32,000 nt of DNA from Flavobacterium capsici (GCF_032098525.1 NZ_CP134890.1:2635363-2667362); one strand, 5' to 3'; shown: positions 1 to 10,126, counted from the stretch's first letter. A program made the numbers and translations. The notes: a model not told the origin generated them from the letters alone.

Positions 1-2
1 CT

Positions 3-215
3 TCTGTAGTTGGTGATTTTAACAACTGGAATCCAAAAGAAGGTGAATTGTCGAAATTAAAAAACGGTACTTTCAAAGGACTTTTTGAAGTTCCTAAAGA
101 TGCAACATATGAGTTTAAATATGTTGTTGATGGAAACTTTTTAAATGATCCTGAAGCAGATGGTTATGTATATAACGATTTTGCGGGTGCTGAAAACAGT
201 GTGGTTACTGTATAG
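3..215 (+). CDS. 3' end of a CDS truncated by the window edge; C-terminal glycogen/starch-binding (CBM48 / AMPK-beta-like early-set) domain
   Basis: Frame 3 is open from the window edge to TAG at 213-215. It reads SVVGDFNNWNPKEGELSKLKNGTFKGLFEVPKDATYEFKYVVDGNFLNDPEADGYVYNDFAGAENSVVTV. The GDFNNW...Y.FKY.VDG pattern is typical of CBM48-type domains. A strong terminator follows. It is absent from the ORF track because no start codon lies in the window. Confidence 0.5.
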   Translation, partial: SVVGDFNNWNPKEGELSKLKNGTFKGLFEVPKDATYEFKYVVDGNFLNDPEADGYVYNDFAGAENSVVTV

Positions 216-231
216 TTTTATTGGTTTTAGT

Positions 232-268
232 AAAAAACCCGCCATGTGTATACTTGGCGGGTTTTTTT
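232..268. terminator. Bidirectional rho-independent terminator between the partial CDS and thyA
   Basis: AAAAACCCGCCA (233-244) pairs with TGGCGGGTTTTT (255-266) across a 10-nt loop. An A-run and a T-run flank the stem, so it can terminate on either strand. Confidence 0.75.
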
Positions 269-1091
269 ATATTGCTACTTCACCTTTAATATGTGGATGT
301 GGATTGTAATCAACTAAAGTAAAATCTTCAAAAGTAAAGTCGAAAATGTTTTTTACTTCTGGGTTTAAAATCATTTTTGGTAACGGTCTAACTTCTCTGG
401 AAAGTTGTAATTCTACTTGTTCAAAATGATTGTTATAAATATGTGCATCACCAAAAGTATGAATGAATTCGCCAACTTGTAAATCACATACTTGTGCAAT
501 CATCATTGTGAACAAAGCATAGGATGCAATGTTGAAAGGAACGCCAAGAAAAATATCAGCACTACGTTGATACAATTGACACGATAATTTTCCATTGGCT
601 ACATAAAATTGAAAAAAAGCATGACATGGAGGCAAAGCCGCTTTTCCGTTAGCTACATTTTCTGCAAATGATTTTGATGTATCGGGTAAAACAGAAGGAT
701 TCCATGCAGAAACTAGCATTCTTCTACTGTTAGGATTATTTTTTAAAGTTTCTATTAGTTCCGTGATTTGGTCAATTTCTTCGCTATTCCAATTACGCCA
801 TTGATGACCATAAACTGGACCTAAATCTCCATTTTCATCTGCCCATTCGTCCCAAATTTTAACTCCGTTTTCTTTTAAATAGCTAATATTGGTTTCTCCT
901 TTTAAAAACCACAACAACTCATAAATAATTGATTTTAAATGCAATTTTTTAGTTGTTACCATTGGAAAACCTTCATTCAAGTCAAAACGCATTTGATAAC
1001 CAAAAACGCTTTTTGTTCCAGTTCCAGTTCTGTCTCCTTTTTGGCAACCGTTTTCTAAAACATGTTGCATTAAATCATGATATTGTTTCAT
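267..1091 (-). CDS. thyA: Thymidylate synthase (ThyA type)
   Basis: 274 aa. It starts [25 protein letters not shown] and contains the active-site motif [12 protein letters not shown] followed by [25 protein letters not shown]. Confidence 0.97.
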   Translation of the reverse strand: MKQYHDLMQHVLENGCQKGDRTGTGTKSVFGYQMRFDLNEGFPMVTTKKLHLKSIIYELLWFLKGETNISYLKENGVKIWDEWADENGDLGPVYGHQWRNWNSEEIDQITELIETLKNNPNSRRMLVSAWNPSVLPDTSKSFAENVANGKAALPPCHAFFQFYVANGKLSCQLYQRSADIFLGVPFNIASYALFTMMIAQVCDLQVGEFIHTFGDAHIYNNHFEQVELQLSREVRPLPKMILNPEVKNIFDFTFEDFTLVDYNPHPHIKGEVAI

Positions 1092-1116
1092 AAATAGTAT
1101 TGATTATTCATTTTAA

Positions 1117-1740
1117 TTATGATTCTCTTTTTGAAATTTCATCTCTAATTCTTGCCGCTTTTTCATAATCTTCATCTTGTACTGCTGATTCCAATAATGA
1201 ATGAAGTTCTGATAAACTTAATTTAGAATAACCTTCTTTTGGTTCATTTCCATCATCATCTAGTCCAAATGTTTCAGGACTTGATAAAACTCCTTCATCT
1301 TCGGTTTCGCCTTCTGATTCAGAAGGATTATTTAAATAAATTCCAGCTTTATCTAAAATATTTTTATAGGTAAAAATTGGAGCATTAAAACGTAACGCTA
1401 ATGCAATAGCATCAGATGTTCTAGCATCAATAATTTCTTCAATTTTATCTCTTTCGCAAATTATACTCGAGTAGAAAACGCCATCAACTAATTTATGAAT
1501 AATAACTTGTTTTACAACAATGTCAAAACGGTCGGCAAAACTTTTAAACAAATCGTGTGTTAAAGGTCTTGGAGGTTTTATTTCTTTTTCAAGTGCTATA
1601 GCAATTGATTGGGCTTCAAAAGCTCCAATTACAATAGGTAGTTTTCTTTCTCCGTCAACTTCATTCAAAATCAACGCATAAGCACCATTTTGGGTTTGAC
1701 TGTATGATATACCTTTTATGGTAAGTTTTACTAAACTCAT
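1117..1740 (-). CDS. Bifunctional nuclease (BFN/DUF151) family protein with C-terminal UVR motif
   Basis: 207 aa. The N-terminal part looks BFN-like (LPIVIGAFEAQSIAIALE...PRPLTHDL). An acidic linker follows, then a C-terminal UvrB/C-like motif (EDYEKAARIRDEI). Confidence 0.75.
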   Translation of the reverse strand: MSLVKLTIKGISYSQTQNGAYALILNEVDGERKLPIVIGAFEAQSIAIALEKEIKPPRPLTHDLFKSFADRFDIVVKQVIIHKLVDGVFYSSIICERDKIEEIIDARTSDAIALALRFNAPIFTYKNILDKAGIYLNNPSESEGETEDEGVLSSPETFGLDDDGNEPKEGYSKLSLSELHSLLESAVQDEDYEKAARIRDEISKRES

Positions 1741-1807
1741 TTTTATATATTGTGATAGAAAGGGAAATAATTCCCGAATTGCAAAGTAACGAAAAAGATT
1801 TGCTACT

Positions 1808-1844
1808 AAAAAAATAAGCTGCCCAAAAAAAATGGAACAGCTTA
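1808..1844 (-). terminator. Rho-independent terminator downstream of etfA (minus strand)
   Basis: On the minus strand, TAAGCTG pairs with CAGCTTA (1815-1821 with 1838-1844). The loop is 16 nt and a run of seven T follows (plus-strand A-run 1808-1814). The large loop lowers confidence. Confidence 0.5.
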
Positions 1845-1867
1845 CTCAGATTAAGGTTAGTTAATCG

Positions 1868-2836
1868 TTATGAATTTTGAGCTTTAAATTCTTTTAATTT
1901 TTGAGTTAATCTTGGTACAATATCGAAAGCATCACCAACAACGCCATAATCAGCGACTTTAAAAAATGGAGCTTCAGCATCAGAATTAATAACCACTTTT
2001 ACTTTAGAAGAGTTTATTCCGGCAATATGTTGAATTGCACCAGAAATACCTACAGCGATGTATAAATTTGTTGCTACAGGTTTTCCAGTTTGACCAACGT
2101 GCTCACTATGTGGACGCCATCCTAAATCAGAAACTGGTTTTGAGCAAGCGGTTGCTGCTCCAAGTACAGAAGCCAATTCTTCAATCATTCCCCAATTTTC
2201 AGGACCTTTTAATCCACGACCACCAGAAACAACGATATCTGCATCTGCAATAGTTACTTTTCCAGTTGTTCGATCAACAGATTCTACTTTTACGTTAAAG
2301 TCGGCATCATTTAGACTTGGTGAAAAATCTTCTTGACTTGTAGATGAAGCACTTTCAAAAACGCCATAAGAATTTTTGGCTAAGCCAAGAACTTTAACAT
2401 CCGATTCAATTTCTGTAATTGTAAATGCTTTGTTTGAAAAAGAATTTCTTTTTACTTGAAATGGAGATGTGCTAAGAGGTAAACCAACAACATTTGACGC
2501 AAAACCTGCATCTAAACCAACTGCAACAATTGGAGCTAAATATAAACTGTCTGTAGTTGATGAAAGCAAAATAACTTTTGCATTTTCTTTTTGAGCTGCT
2601 TGTTTTATAACATCAGCATAAGCTTTTGCGTTAAAGTTTTTTAACTTATCATTAGTTACTTTTAAAACTTTATCTACTCCATATTTAGACAATTCTGAAA
2701 CATCTCCAGCATTTACAGTAACTGCTGTTACACTTGTTCCTAATGATTCGGCTACCTTTTTTGCATAAGAAGCCAATTCAAAAGCTACTTTTTTGAATTT
2801 TCCTTCTACCGATTCTGCATATATTAATAATGACAT
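1868..2836 (-). CDS. etfA: Electron transfer flavoprotein, alpha subunit
   Basis: 322 aa. The C-terminal FAD-binding region reads VVSGGRG...YIAVGISGAIQHIAGI. It lies immediately downstream of etfB. Confidence 0.93.
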   Translation of the reverse strand: MSLLIYAESVEGKFKKVAFELASYAKKVAESLGTSVTAVTVNAGDVSELSKYGVDKVLKVTNDKLKNFNAKAYADVIKQAAQKENAKVILLSSTTDSLYLAPIVAVGLDAGFASNVVGLPLSTSPFQVKRNSFSNKAFTITEIESDVKVLGLAKNSYGVFESASSTSQEDFSPSLNDADFNVKVESVDRTTGKVTIADADIVVSGGRGLKGPENWGMIEELASVLGAATACSKPVSDLGWRPHSEHVGQTGKPVATNLYIAVGISGAIQHIAGINSSKVKVVINSDAEAPFFKVADYGVVGDAFDIVPRLTQKLKEFKAQNS

Positions 2837-2874
2837 TTTGTAAATTTTATGTGTTTAAATAAAGATTTTAAATA

Positions 2875-3621
2875 TTAGATAACTTTTGCTTCGTTGTGTA
2901 GTAAATTGATTAATTCATCTAAGTTATCTGGAGAAACTAATTTTACAGCCGATTTAGGTGCTGGTTTTTCAAATTTAACCGATTTAGTTTTATTGTCAGC
3001 GGCAACGGGTTCTAATACTGTTAAAACTTTTGTTCGAGCAGTCATGATTCCTCTCATGTTTGGGATACGTAAATCTTTTTCTTCTACTAATCCTTTTTGA
3101 CCACCAATTACCAATGGCAATGAAGTAGAAACAGTTTCTTTTCCTCCATCAATTTCTCTGATTGCTTTCGCCGAATTTCCATCAACTTTTAAATCGATAC
3201 AAGAGTTAACAAAATTTGCATCTAATAAAGAAGCCAACATTCCTGGGACCATTCCACCATTGTAGTCTAATGATTCTTTTCCGCAAATGATTAAATCATA
3301 ATTACCATTTTTTGCAACTTCTGCTAATTGTTTTGCAACAAAAAAACCATCGGTTGGAGTTGCATTTACACGAATAGCTTCATTTGCACCAATTGCTAAA
3401 GCTTTTCTAAGTGTAGGTTCAGTATCTGCACCACCAACATTTACAACAGTTACATTTGCGCTTTGTTGCTCTTGAAACCAAATTGCTCTTGTTAAACCAA
3501 ACTCATCATTTGGATTAATTACATATTGTACACCATTTGTGTCAAATTCAGTATCGCCGTTAACAAAATTGATTTTTGAAGTGGTATCCGGAACATGACT
3601 GATGCAAACTAATATTTTCAT
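2875..3621 (-). CDS. etfB: Electron transfer flavoprotein, beta subunit
   Basis: 248 aa. It starts MKILVCISHVPDTTSKI and contains DLIICGKESLDYNGG, both typical of EtfB. It is paired with etfA. Confidence 0.93.
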   Translation of the reverse strand: MKILVCISHVPDTTSKINFVNGDTEFDTNGVQYVINPNDEFGLTRAIWFQEQQSANVTVVNVGGADTEPTLRKALAIGANEAIRVNATPTDGFFVAKQLAEVAKNGNYDLIICGKESLDYNGGMVPGMLASLLDANFVNSCIDLKVDGNSAKAIREIDGGKETVSTSLPLVIGGQKGLVEEKDLRIPNMRGIMTARTKVLTVLEPVAADNKTKSVKFEKPAPKSAVKLVSPDNLDELINLLHNEAKVI

Positions 3622-3862
3622 TTTTTTTTGATTAAATTAAAATTTTCTGGACGTAAAAGTATAAAATATATTTCTAATTTTTATATGCATGCATAATATT
3701 TTTTTACATTTCAATCGATTTCGTAAGAAGTAAATGGGTTAATTGTTTTACAAACCATAAATTTCCTATTTTTTCAAAGCAATTATAATTGTGTTTGTAT
3801 TCTTTTATCATTTTTAATTTTTATTTTTGCCTTTCAATTTTTAAGGAAGAACATAATTATAT

Positions 3863-4840
3863 ATGAGAACGATACAATTTAGAGAAGCAATTGCTGAAGC
3901 GATGAGTGAAGAAATGCGTCGCGATGAATCAGTTTATTTAATGGGTGAAGAAGTTGCCGAATATAATGGTGCTTATAAAGCTTCAAAAGGAATGTTGGAC
4001 GAATTTGGTCCAAAAAGAGTTATTGATACACCAATTGCTGAACTTGGTTTTGCTGGAATTGCTGTTGGTTCAGCTATGAATGGAAATCGTCCGATTGTAG
4101 AATATATGACGTTCAACTTTTCATTGGTTGGTATCGACCAAATTATAAACAACGCTGCGAAAATGCGTCAAATGTCTGCGGGTCAATTCCCAATGCCAAT
4201 GGTTTTTCGTGGTCCAACGGCTTCTGCAGGACAATTAGGAGCAACACACTCACAAGCTTTCGAAAATTGGTTTGCTAACACACCAGGTTTAAAAGTTGTT
4301 GTGCCATCAACACCTTATGATGCTAAAGGTTTATTAAAGGCTGCCATTCGCGATAATGATCCAGTTATTTTTATGGAATCAGAACAAATGTATGGTGATA
4401 AAGGTGAAGTGCCTGATGGAGAATATATTTTGCCGTTAGGAGTTGCAGATATCAAAAGAGAAGGAACAGATGTTACTATAGTATCTTTTGGAAAAATAAT
4501 AAAGGAAGCGTTTATAGCTGCAGATGAATTGGAGAAAGAAGGCATTTCATGTGAAATAATCGATTTAAGAACTGTTCGTCCGATGGATTATGATGCAATT
4601 ATAAATTCTGTTAAAAAAACAAATAGATTAGTAGTTTTAGAAGAAGCTTGGCCTTTTGCGAGTGTTGCTTCTGAAATTACCTATATGGTTCAAGAACGTG
4701 CCTTTGATTATCTTGATGCACCAGTTCAAAGAATTACTACAGCTGATACGCCTGCGCCATATTCGCCAACACTTTTAAAAGAGTGGTTGCCTAACGCAGA
4801 AGATGTTATTAAAGCTGTGAAAAAAGTAACTTACAAATAA
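3863..4840 (+). CDS. pdhB: Pyruvate dehydrogenase (2-oxoacid dehydrogenase) E1 component, beta subunit
   Basis: 325 aa. It shows a transketolase-like pyrimidine-binding/C-terminal fold: REA...AMSEEMRRD..V.LMGEEV..Y.GAYK.S.G....FG..RV.DTPI.E.GF.G. Confidence 0.9.
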   Translation: MRTIQFREAIAEAMSEEMRRDESVYLMGEEVAEYNGAYKASKGMLDEFGPKRVIDTPIAELGFAGIAVGSAMNGNRPIVEYMTFNFSLVGIDQIINNAAKMRQMSAGQFPMPMVFRGPTASAGQLGATHSQAFENWFANTPGLKVVVPSTPYDAKGLLKAAIRDNDPVIFMESEQMYGDKGEVPDGEYILPLGVADIKREGTDVTIVSFGKIIKEAFIAADELEKEGISCEIIDLRTVRPMDYDAIINSVKKTNRLVVLEEAWPFASVASEITYMVQERAFDYLDAPVQRITTADTPAPYSPTLLKEWLPNAEDVIKAVKKVTYK

Positions 4841-4860
4841 TATAAATTTATCTATATTTG

Positions 4861-4897
4861 AAACTTCATTACACCAACCGTAATGAAGTTTTTTTTT
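4861..4897 (+). terminator. Rho-independent terminator of pdhB
   Basis: AAACTTCATTAC (4861-4872) pairs with GTAATGAAGTTT (4880-4891). A run of nine T follows. The ATG at 4883 lies inside this stem. Confidence 0.8.
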
Positions 4898-4900
4898 GCC

Positions 4901-7384
4901 ATGAAGAAATTATACTATCTATTCCTTTTTTTAATCGGTGTTTTTAATTTTATTTCAGCACAAACCAAAGTCAGTGGAAAAGTGGTTGATAATACGAATC
5001 AACCTATTCCTTACGCAAATATTGTTTTTAAAGGAAGTAATATTGGTGTAGTTTCTAATGAAGATGGAAAGTTTTATATTGAATCAGATCAAAATTATAA
5101 AACACTTCTTGTTTCTTTTGTTGGTTTTCCAACTAAAGAAGTTACTCTTCCAAAACAAATCAACTATAATTTTATTGTTACCTTAAGTGAAGGTCAAAAC
5201 TTGAAAGAAGTAGTTGTTTACGCTGGTAAAACATCAAAGAAAAACAATCCTGCGTTAGATATCTTGAGAAAAATTTGGGAAAGAAGAAGAAAAAATGGGT
5301 TGAAAATGTTCAAACAATACCAATACAGTAAGTATGAAAAAGTAGAGTTTGACATGAATACTATTGACAGTGCAATGATGAAAAGCAAGCTCTTCAAAGG
5401 TTTGGAATTTGTTTTCAAAAATGTGGATACTTCAAGAGTTACAGGAAAAACATATTTGCCAATTTTCATCAATGAATCACTTTCGGATGTTTATGGTGAT
5501 AATGTTGCAGGAAAAAGCAAAGAGATTTTGAAAGCTAATAAAAATTCAGGTTTAGGAAATGGTGATGGTGTAAACACATTTATTAAAGACTTATACAATG
5601 ACTTTGATATTTATGATAATTATCTGTATTTCTTTGATAAAAGTTTTACGAGTCCATTGTCTAGAACAGGAATTGACGTGTACAATTATGTTCTTGCCGA
5701 TACAGCTTTTATAGATAACAAATGGTGTTACAATATTGTTTTCTACCCAAGAAGAAAAGGTGAGTTGACTTTTAAAGGAGATTTTTGGGTAAATGATACC
5801 ACTTTTGCTATTAAGAAAATAAACATGGCAGTTACTAAAAGCGCCAATATTAACTGGGTAAAAGATATTTATGTTGAGCAAGAGTTTGAAGTTTTGAATG
5901 ACTCTATTTTTCTTCCAACACGTGATTACATGATGACCGATTTTGCTTTACGCAAAAAAGAGGAGTCAAAAGGTATTTATGGAAAACGTACTACTTTGTA
6001 TCAAGATTTTAAATTTGACCAAAAGAAGCCTGATAGTTTCTACAAAGAAGAAGTAAATTATATTGATAATTCTGTTTACAATAAAGATGATGATTTTTGG
6101 AGAGAAAATCGTTTTGAAAGACTCAATAAAGATGAAGAAGGAATTTATAAAATGCTTGACACATTAAAAACAGTCAAGAAATTCAAAAGAATGTATAATC
6201 TGGTTTCCATTTTAGGAAGTGGTTATATTGAAATGAATAATTTTGATTATGGACCAATTTTCTCCACTTTTGGATATAATGAAGTAGAAGGTGTTCGTCT
6301 TCGTGTTGGTGGAAGAACTTATTTTGGGCCAAATGATACATGGCGTTTACAAGGTTATACTGCTTATGGATTTGAAGATAATAAATTTAAATATGGTCTT
6401 TCAGGAAAATGGATGGTTGATAAAAAGAAGCGTTTAATACTTTCTGGAGGAAATAGGCGGGATGTAGAACAAATAGGCGCAAGTTTAACCACTACAAATG
6501 ATGTTCTAGGCAGGAGTTATGCTTCGTCAGGACTCTTTACCACAGGTTCTAATGGTAAGTTGACCAATATAAATTTATCTACTATTGCAGCAGAAATTGA
6601 ACCAGTTAAGAATTTAACATTCCAACTTGGGTTTTCGTATCGAACTTTAGAATCTGCATCTGAAACTTTTAGCTTAGATTATTATACAGACAATACATTA
6701 ACTGACATCAAAAGTGAAGTAAAGCAGTCAGAACTTAATTTCCAAATTGAGTTTACTCCTAAGCGTAAAACTATTGGTTATGGTGTTGAACGTAGAGAAG
6801 TAGATAGTCCATATAGTCGCTTTTTTGTAAATTATAGTTCAGGTTTTAAAGGATTATTTGATAGTGATTTTGACTATCAAAAGTTACAGCTTTATTATCG
6901 TCAACCTATTATAATTGGAGCTCTTGGTCATTCAAATTTAACTATGGAGTTAGGTAAAACTTTTGGGCAAATTCCATTAGGTTTGATGAGTGTTGTACCT
7001 GGTAACCAAACCTATTTTATTATTAAGAACACATTTAGTAACTTAAATTTCTATGAGTTTGTGACTGATGAGTATGCTACTTTTCAATGGGAACACAATT
7101 TTAATGGAAAGATTTTTGCTAGATTTCCTTATTTGAGAAAATTAAACCTTCGCGAAATTATTGGTCTTCGTGGTGTTTATGGAAAAATTTCAGATGAAAA
7201 TAGAGCAATTAATGCTTCTGGGTTAACTTATGTTGCTCCCGAAAAACCTTATTGGGAATACAGCGCAGGAATTGGAAATATTTTCAAAGTATTTCGAATA
7301 GATTTCGCTTGGCGTGCAAATTATAGAAATTTACCAGACACTAATAATTTTACAGTCAAAGGTTCATTTGGATTTTATTTTTAA
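4901..7384 (+). CDS. CarboxypepD_reg-like domain protein of the DUF5686 type (outer-membrane associated)
   Basis: The ORF track starts at 4883, but that ATG sits inside the pdhB terminator stem. The next in-frame ATG at 4901 gives the signal peptide MKKLYYLFLFLIGVFNFISAQ. The N-terminus (VSGKVVDNTNQPIPYANIVFKGSNIGVVSNEDGKFYI) is a CarboxypepD_reg signature. The family name is from memory. Confidence 0.7.
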   Translation: MKKLYYLFLFLIGVFNFISAQTKVSGKVVDNTNQPIPYANIVFKGSNIGVVSNEDGKFYIESDQNYKTLLVSFVGFPTKEVTLPKQINYNFIVTLSEGQNLKEVVVYAGKTSKKNNPALDILRKIWERRRKNGLKMFKQYQYSKYEKVEFDMNTIDSAMMKSKLFKGLEFVFKNVDTSRVTGKTYLPIFINESLSDVYGDNVAGKSKEILKANKNSGLGNGDGVNTFIKDLYNDFDIYDNYLYFFDKSFTSPLSRTGIDVYNYVLADTAFIDNKWCYNIVFYPRRKGELTFKGDFWVNDTTFAIKKINMAVTKSANINWVKDIYVEQEFEVLNDSIFLPTRDYMMTDFALRKKEESKGIYGKRTTLYQDFKFDQKKPDSFYKEEVNYIDNSVYNKDDDFWRENRFERLNKDEEGIYKMLDTLKTVKKFKRMYNLVSILGSGYIEMNNFDYGPIFSTFGYNEVEGVRLRVGGRTYFGPNDTWRLQGYTAYGFEDNKFKYGLSGKWMVDKKKRLILSGGNRRDVEQIGASLTTTNDVLGRSYASSGLFTTGSNGKLTNINLSTIAAEIEPVKNLTFQLGFSYRTLESASETFSLDYYTDNTLTDIKSEVKQSELNFQIEFTPKRKTIGYGVERREVDSPYSRFFVNYSSGFKGLFDSDFDYQKLQLYYRQPIIIGALGHSNLTMELGKTFGQIPLGLMSVVPGNQTYFIIKNTFSNLNFYEFVTDEYATFQWEHNFNGKIFARFPYLRKLNLREIIGLRGVYGKISDENRAINASGLTYVAPEKPYWEYSAGIGNIFKVFRIDFAWRANYRNLPDTNNFTVKGSFGFYF

Positions 7385-7977
7385 TGAAAATTGCATTAGA
7401 ATATTTAACATCTAAAGACAAAATTCTTGCTGAAATAATTGAAAATTTTGGAGACCCAATTATCCAAAAAAGAGAAGAAGGTTTTGCGTCAATGTGCCAT
7501 ATTATTTTAGAGCAACAGGTTTCTATTGCTTCAGCAAAAGCTTGTTATGAAAAAATTTCAAATCATTTTGGAAAAGTTACTCCAATATCTATCAACAATG
7601 CTACTGAAGATGAATTAAGAAAATGTGGAGTTTCAAGGCAAAAAATAATTTACCTCAAACATTTAGCAAAAAAAGTCATTGACAACCAAATCAATTTTGA
7701 ATCTTTTGCTTCAAAATCGGAAGACGAAATAAGAGCTGAGCTAATTAAATTAAAAGGCATTGGTAATTGGAGTATAGAAGTTTATCTAATGTTTTGTTTG
7801 CAAACTCCCGATATCATTCCACTTGGCGACATTGCCATCAAAAATACACTGAAAGAATTATATAACTGTAAAACTAAAGAGGAAATGGAAGTGATTTCAA
7901 ATTCTTGGAAACCTTACAGAACTTTGGCTTCCTTCATTGTTTGGCATTATTATCTAAAAAAGAGAAATAGAATTTAA
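7384..7977 (+). CDS. DNA-3-methyladenine glycosylase II-like (HhH-GPD superfamily, AlkA-like)
   Basis: 197 aa. It has a helix-hairpin-helix plus Gly/Pro loop (LIKLKGIGNWSIEVYLMF) and a downstream Asp (IPLGDIAIKN). Its start overlaps the upstream stop (TAATG). Confidence 0.8.
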   Translation: MKIALEYLTSKDKILAEIIENFGDPIIQKREEGFASMCHIILEQQVSIASAKACYEKISNHFGKVTPISINNATEDELRKCGVSRQKIIYLKHLAKKVIDNQINFESFASKSEDEIRAELIKLKGIGNWSIEVYLMFCLQTPDIIPLGDIAIKNTLKELYNCKTKEEMEVISNSWKPYRTLASFIVWHYYLKKRNRI

Positions 7978-9258
7978 TTTATTTTTAAATAACCATTTAT
8001 CAAATAGCCAATTTTTGTTTATTAAAATAAAGCAAAAAAGACATGTCAGCGAATATATAGCATTAAACCTAAATCCTGTATAAATATAAGCTGACATCAA
8101 AGTTTGTCCAATAAAGATTGACAAAACAACTAAAAACACCTTGTCAGATAAGTTTTCTATGTTAAACTTTTTAAACTGAAAAATCCTTTTAAACATCTGG
8201 ATGAATAATATAAGGTAAAATATTCTAAACACGATTGATAAATTTTCAAAAAAGCCTGGTTTTGGTTTTTCTGGAAATGGATTGAAATTAGATTTAATTT
8301 TTATTAAAATTATTTTTAATTTTTCGGTCATCGAAATACTGTTAATAAAATTTAGAGTTCCTTCTTTATAAAGTTTGCTTCGCTCCAAAACAGGGATTGT
8401 ATTAGGGATTATTTTTTTTTCAGTTTTTATATATTTTAAATTCATTTCTTCTTCAGCTAAATCGCCTTCTACATTAGTGAAGTCTGAAATTATTTTTTCG
8501 TTCCAGCCTTTCGAAAAAGTCGCTCCTTGAGAAGCTGTTAGGTAAAAACCTTGATTGAAAAGAGTTTGATTTCGAATTGGCCATAAAACAGATAATAAAA
8601 CAAATAGTAATCCATGCAAAATGCTTACTTTAAAGTTGTATTGTAGATTTATAAGACAATAAACACCCATAATGGATGCTACAAAAAATGCTGAAACAGG
8701 ATGACAAAGTATAATAATCGATGAAAGGATAGGAATATAAATCGAAAACCTTTTTTCTTTTTTCAGATTTAAAAACAAAATGGATAAAAACAAAATTAGC
8801 AGTGCACTTAAACTTTCTGAAAAAAAGGTTAAAGAATATTTTAAATACTGAGGTTCAATATACAATAATAATAGTGGACTTAAATAGAACCATTTTATTT
8901 TTAGTTTCTTTTTAAAATAAATTAAAATTGAAGTTAAAAATATAAACTCAAAAATTATTTTAATCAATAAAATAGAAAAAGGGTTTTGCGATAAATAAAA
9001 AAAAGTTGATAAAACTAACGGCCAAATAGGTGGTCGCCAAGTAGCACTTTCATTTGGAATGTTTGAAAAGTCATCAGAATAAGTATTGAATTCAAAGATA
9101 TTTTTAGCAATCATATAATAGTGACTTGGGTCACCTTTTTGATATATCTTTTCGCCTTCGTAGTCTGAAATAGATAGATTTGTATATAAAAAATACCCTT
9201 TAATAAGAAGGATTAGAAATAAAAAGATTGTAAAAAAAACAGACTTTTTAAGCTTCAT
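7954..9258 (-). CDS. Polytopic membrane protein, candidate GT-C-fold (ArnT/PMT-like) glycosyltransferase
   Basis: 434 aa with many hydrophobic segments. The first extracytoplasmic loop carries a D...Y...A.N motif (GDPSHYYMIAKNI) as in the ArnT/PMT families. It lies directly downstream of a GT2 gene. Its 3' end overlaps the convergent glycosylase gene by 24 nt. Confidence 0.5.
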   Translation of the reverse strand: MKLKKSVFFTIFLFLILLIKGYFLYTNLSISDYEGEKIYQKGDPSHYYMIAKNIFEFNTYSDDFSNIPNESATWRPPIWPLVLSTFFYLSQNPFSILLIKIIFEFIFLTSILIYFKKKLKIKWFYLSPLLLLYIEPQYLKYSLTFFSESLSALLILFLSILFLNLKKEKRFSIYIPILSSIIILCHPVSAFFVASIMGVYCLINLQYNFKVSILHGLLFVLLSVLWPIRNQTLFNQGFYLTASQGATFSKGWNEKIISDFTNVEGDLAEEEMNLKYIKTEKKIIPNTIPVLERSKLYKEGTLNFINSISMTEKLKIILIKIKSNFNPFPEKPKPGFFENLSIVFRIFYLILFIQMFKRIFQFKKFNIENLSDKVFLVVLSIFIGQTLMSAYIYTGFRFNAIYSLTCLFCFILINKNWLFDKWLFKNKLNSISLF

Positions 9259-9260
9259 AA

Positions 9261-9980
9261 TTATTTAAATACTTTATATTTTAATATGCAATAAATAGCT
9301 CTAAATCCATCTTTCCAACCTATTTTTTTCCCTTCTTCAAATGTTCTGCCATAATAACTTATGCCAACTTCATAAATTCTAATTTTGGGAATTTTTGAAA
9401 TTTTTGCAGTGACTTCAGGTTCAAAACCAAATCTTTTTTCTTTTAAATCTAATGATTTTATTATTTCAGCTCTAAACATTTTGTAACATGTTTCCATATC
9501 CGTTAGATTAAGGTTTGTCATCATGTTACTTAAAAAAGTCAAGAACTTATTTCCGATACTATGCCAAAAAAACAAAATCCTATGAGGATTACCACCCATA
9601 AATCTACTTCCGTAAACCACATCTGCAACACCGTCTAAAATAGGTTTTAGTAATATGTTATATTCATTTGGATCATATTCTAAATCTGCATCTTGAATGA
9701 TAATTATATCGCCGTTTGCATATTTAATTCCAGTGTGTAATGCAGCACCTTTGCCTAAATTTTTTTTATGCTCAACAAAATTTATATTTAAGACGGGGTT
9801 ACTTATGCGATAATTATTTACGGCAAAAGAAGTATTATCAGAACTAAAATCATTAACTATAATTATTTCTTTCTCTAAATCATTAATTAATGAAACAGTT
9901 TTAATTTTGTCTAATATTTCATGAATAGTGTTTCCTTCGTTATAAGCAGGAATGATAATCGAAAGTTTTTTAGGTTCCAT
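9261..9980 (-). CDS. Family 2 glycosyltransferase (polyprenyl-phosphate sugar synthase-like)
   Basis: 239 aa. It shows LSIIIPAYNE at the N-terminus, a DAD motif (IIQDADLEYDP), and the small soluble Dpm1/ArnC-like size. Confidence 0.85.
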   Translation of the reverse strand: MEPKKLSIIIPAYNEGNTIHEILDKIKTVSLINDLEKEIIIVNDFSSDNTSFAVNNYRISNPVLNINFVEHKKNLGKGAALHTGIKYANGDIIIIQDADLEYDPNEYNILLKPILDGVADVVYGSRFMGGNPHRILFFWHSIGNKFLTFLSNMMTNLNLTDMETCYKMFRAEIIKSLDLKEKRFGFEPEVTAKISKIPKIRIYEVGISYYGRTFEEGKKIGWKDGFRAIYCILKYKVFK

Positions 9981-10093
9981 TAATTAATAATTATTTCTCA
10001 AAAATAACTCTTTTGTTTTAGCATGCAATATTATTTATAAATTAAAGATAATGCATTTTCAAATGCCATTAATTCAATATTCCTCAAATTATA

Positions 10094-10126
10094 TTGTTTT
10101 TTTCTGTTAAAGTTTTGTTACTTTTG
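10094..10126 (+). promoter_or_regulatory. Candidate Bacteroidota-type promoter for hppA
   Basis: There is a perfect -7 box TACTTTTG (10119-10126, consensus TAnnTTTG). A TTG at 10094-10096 could be the -33 element with a 22-nt spacer. That TTG is the one the ORF track used as a start codon. Confidence 0.4.
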
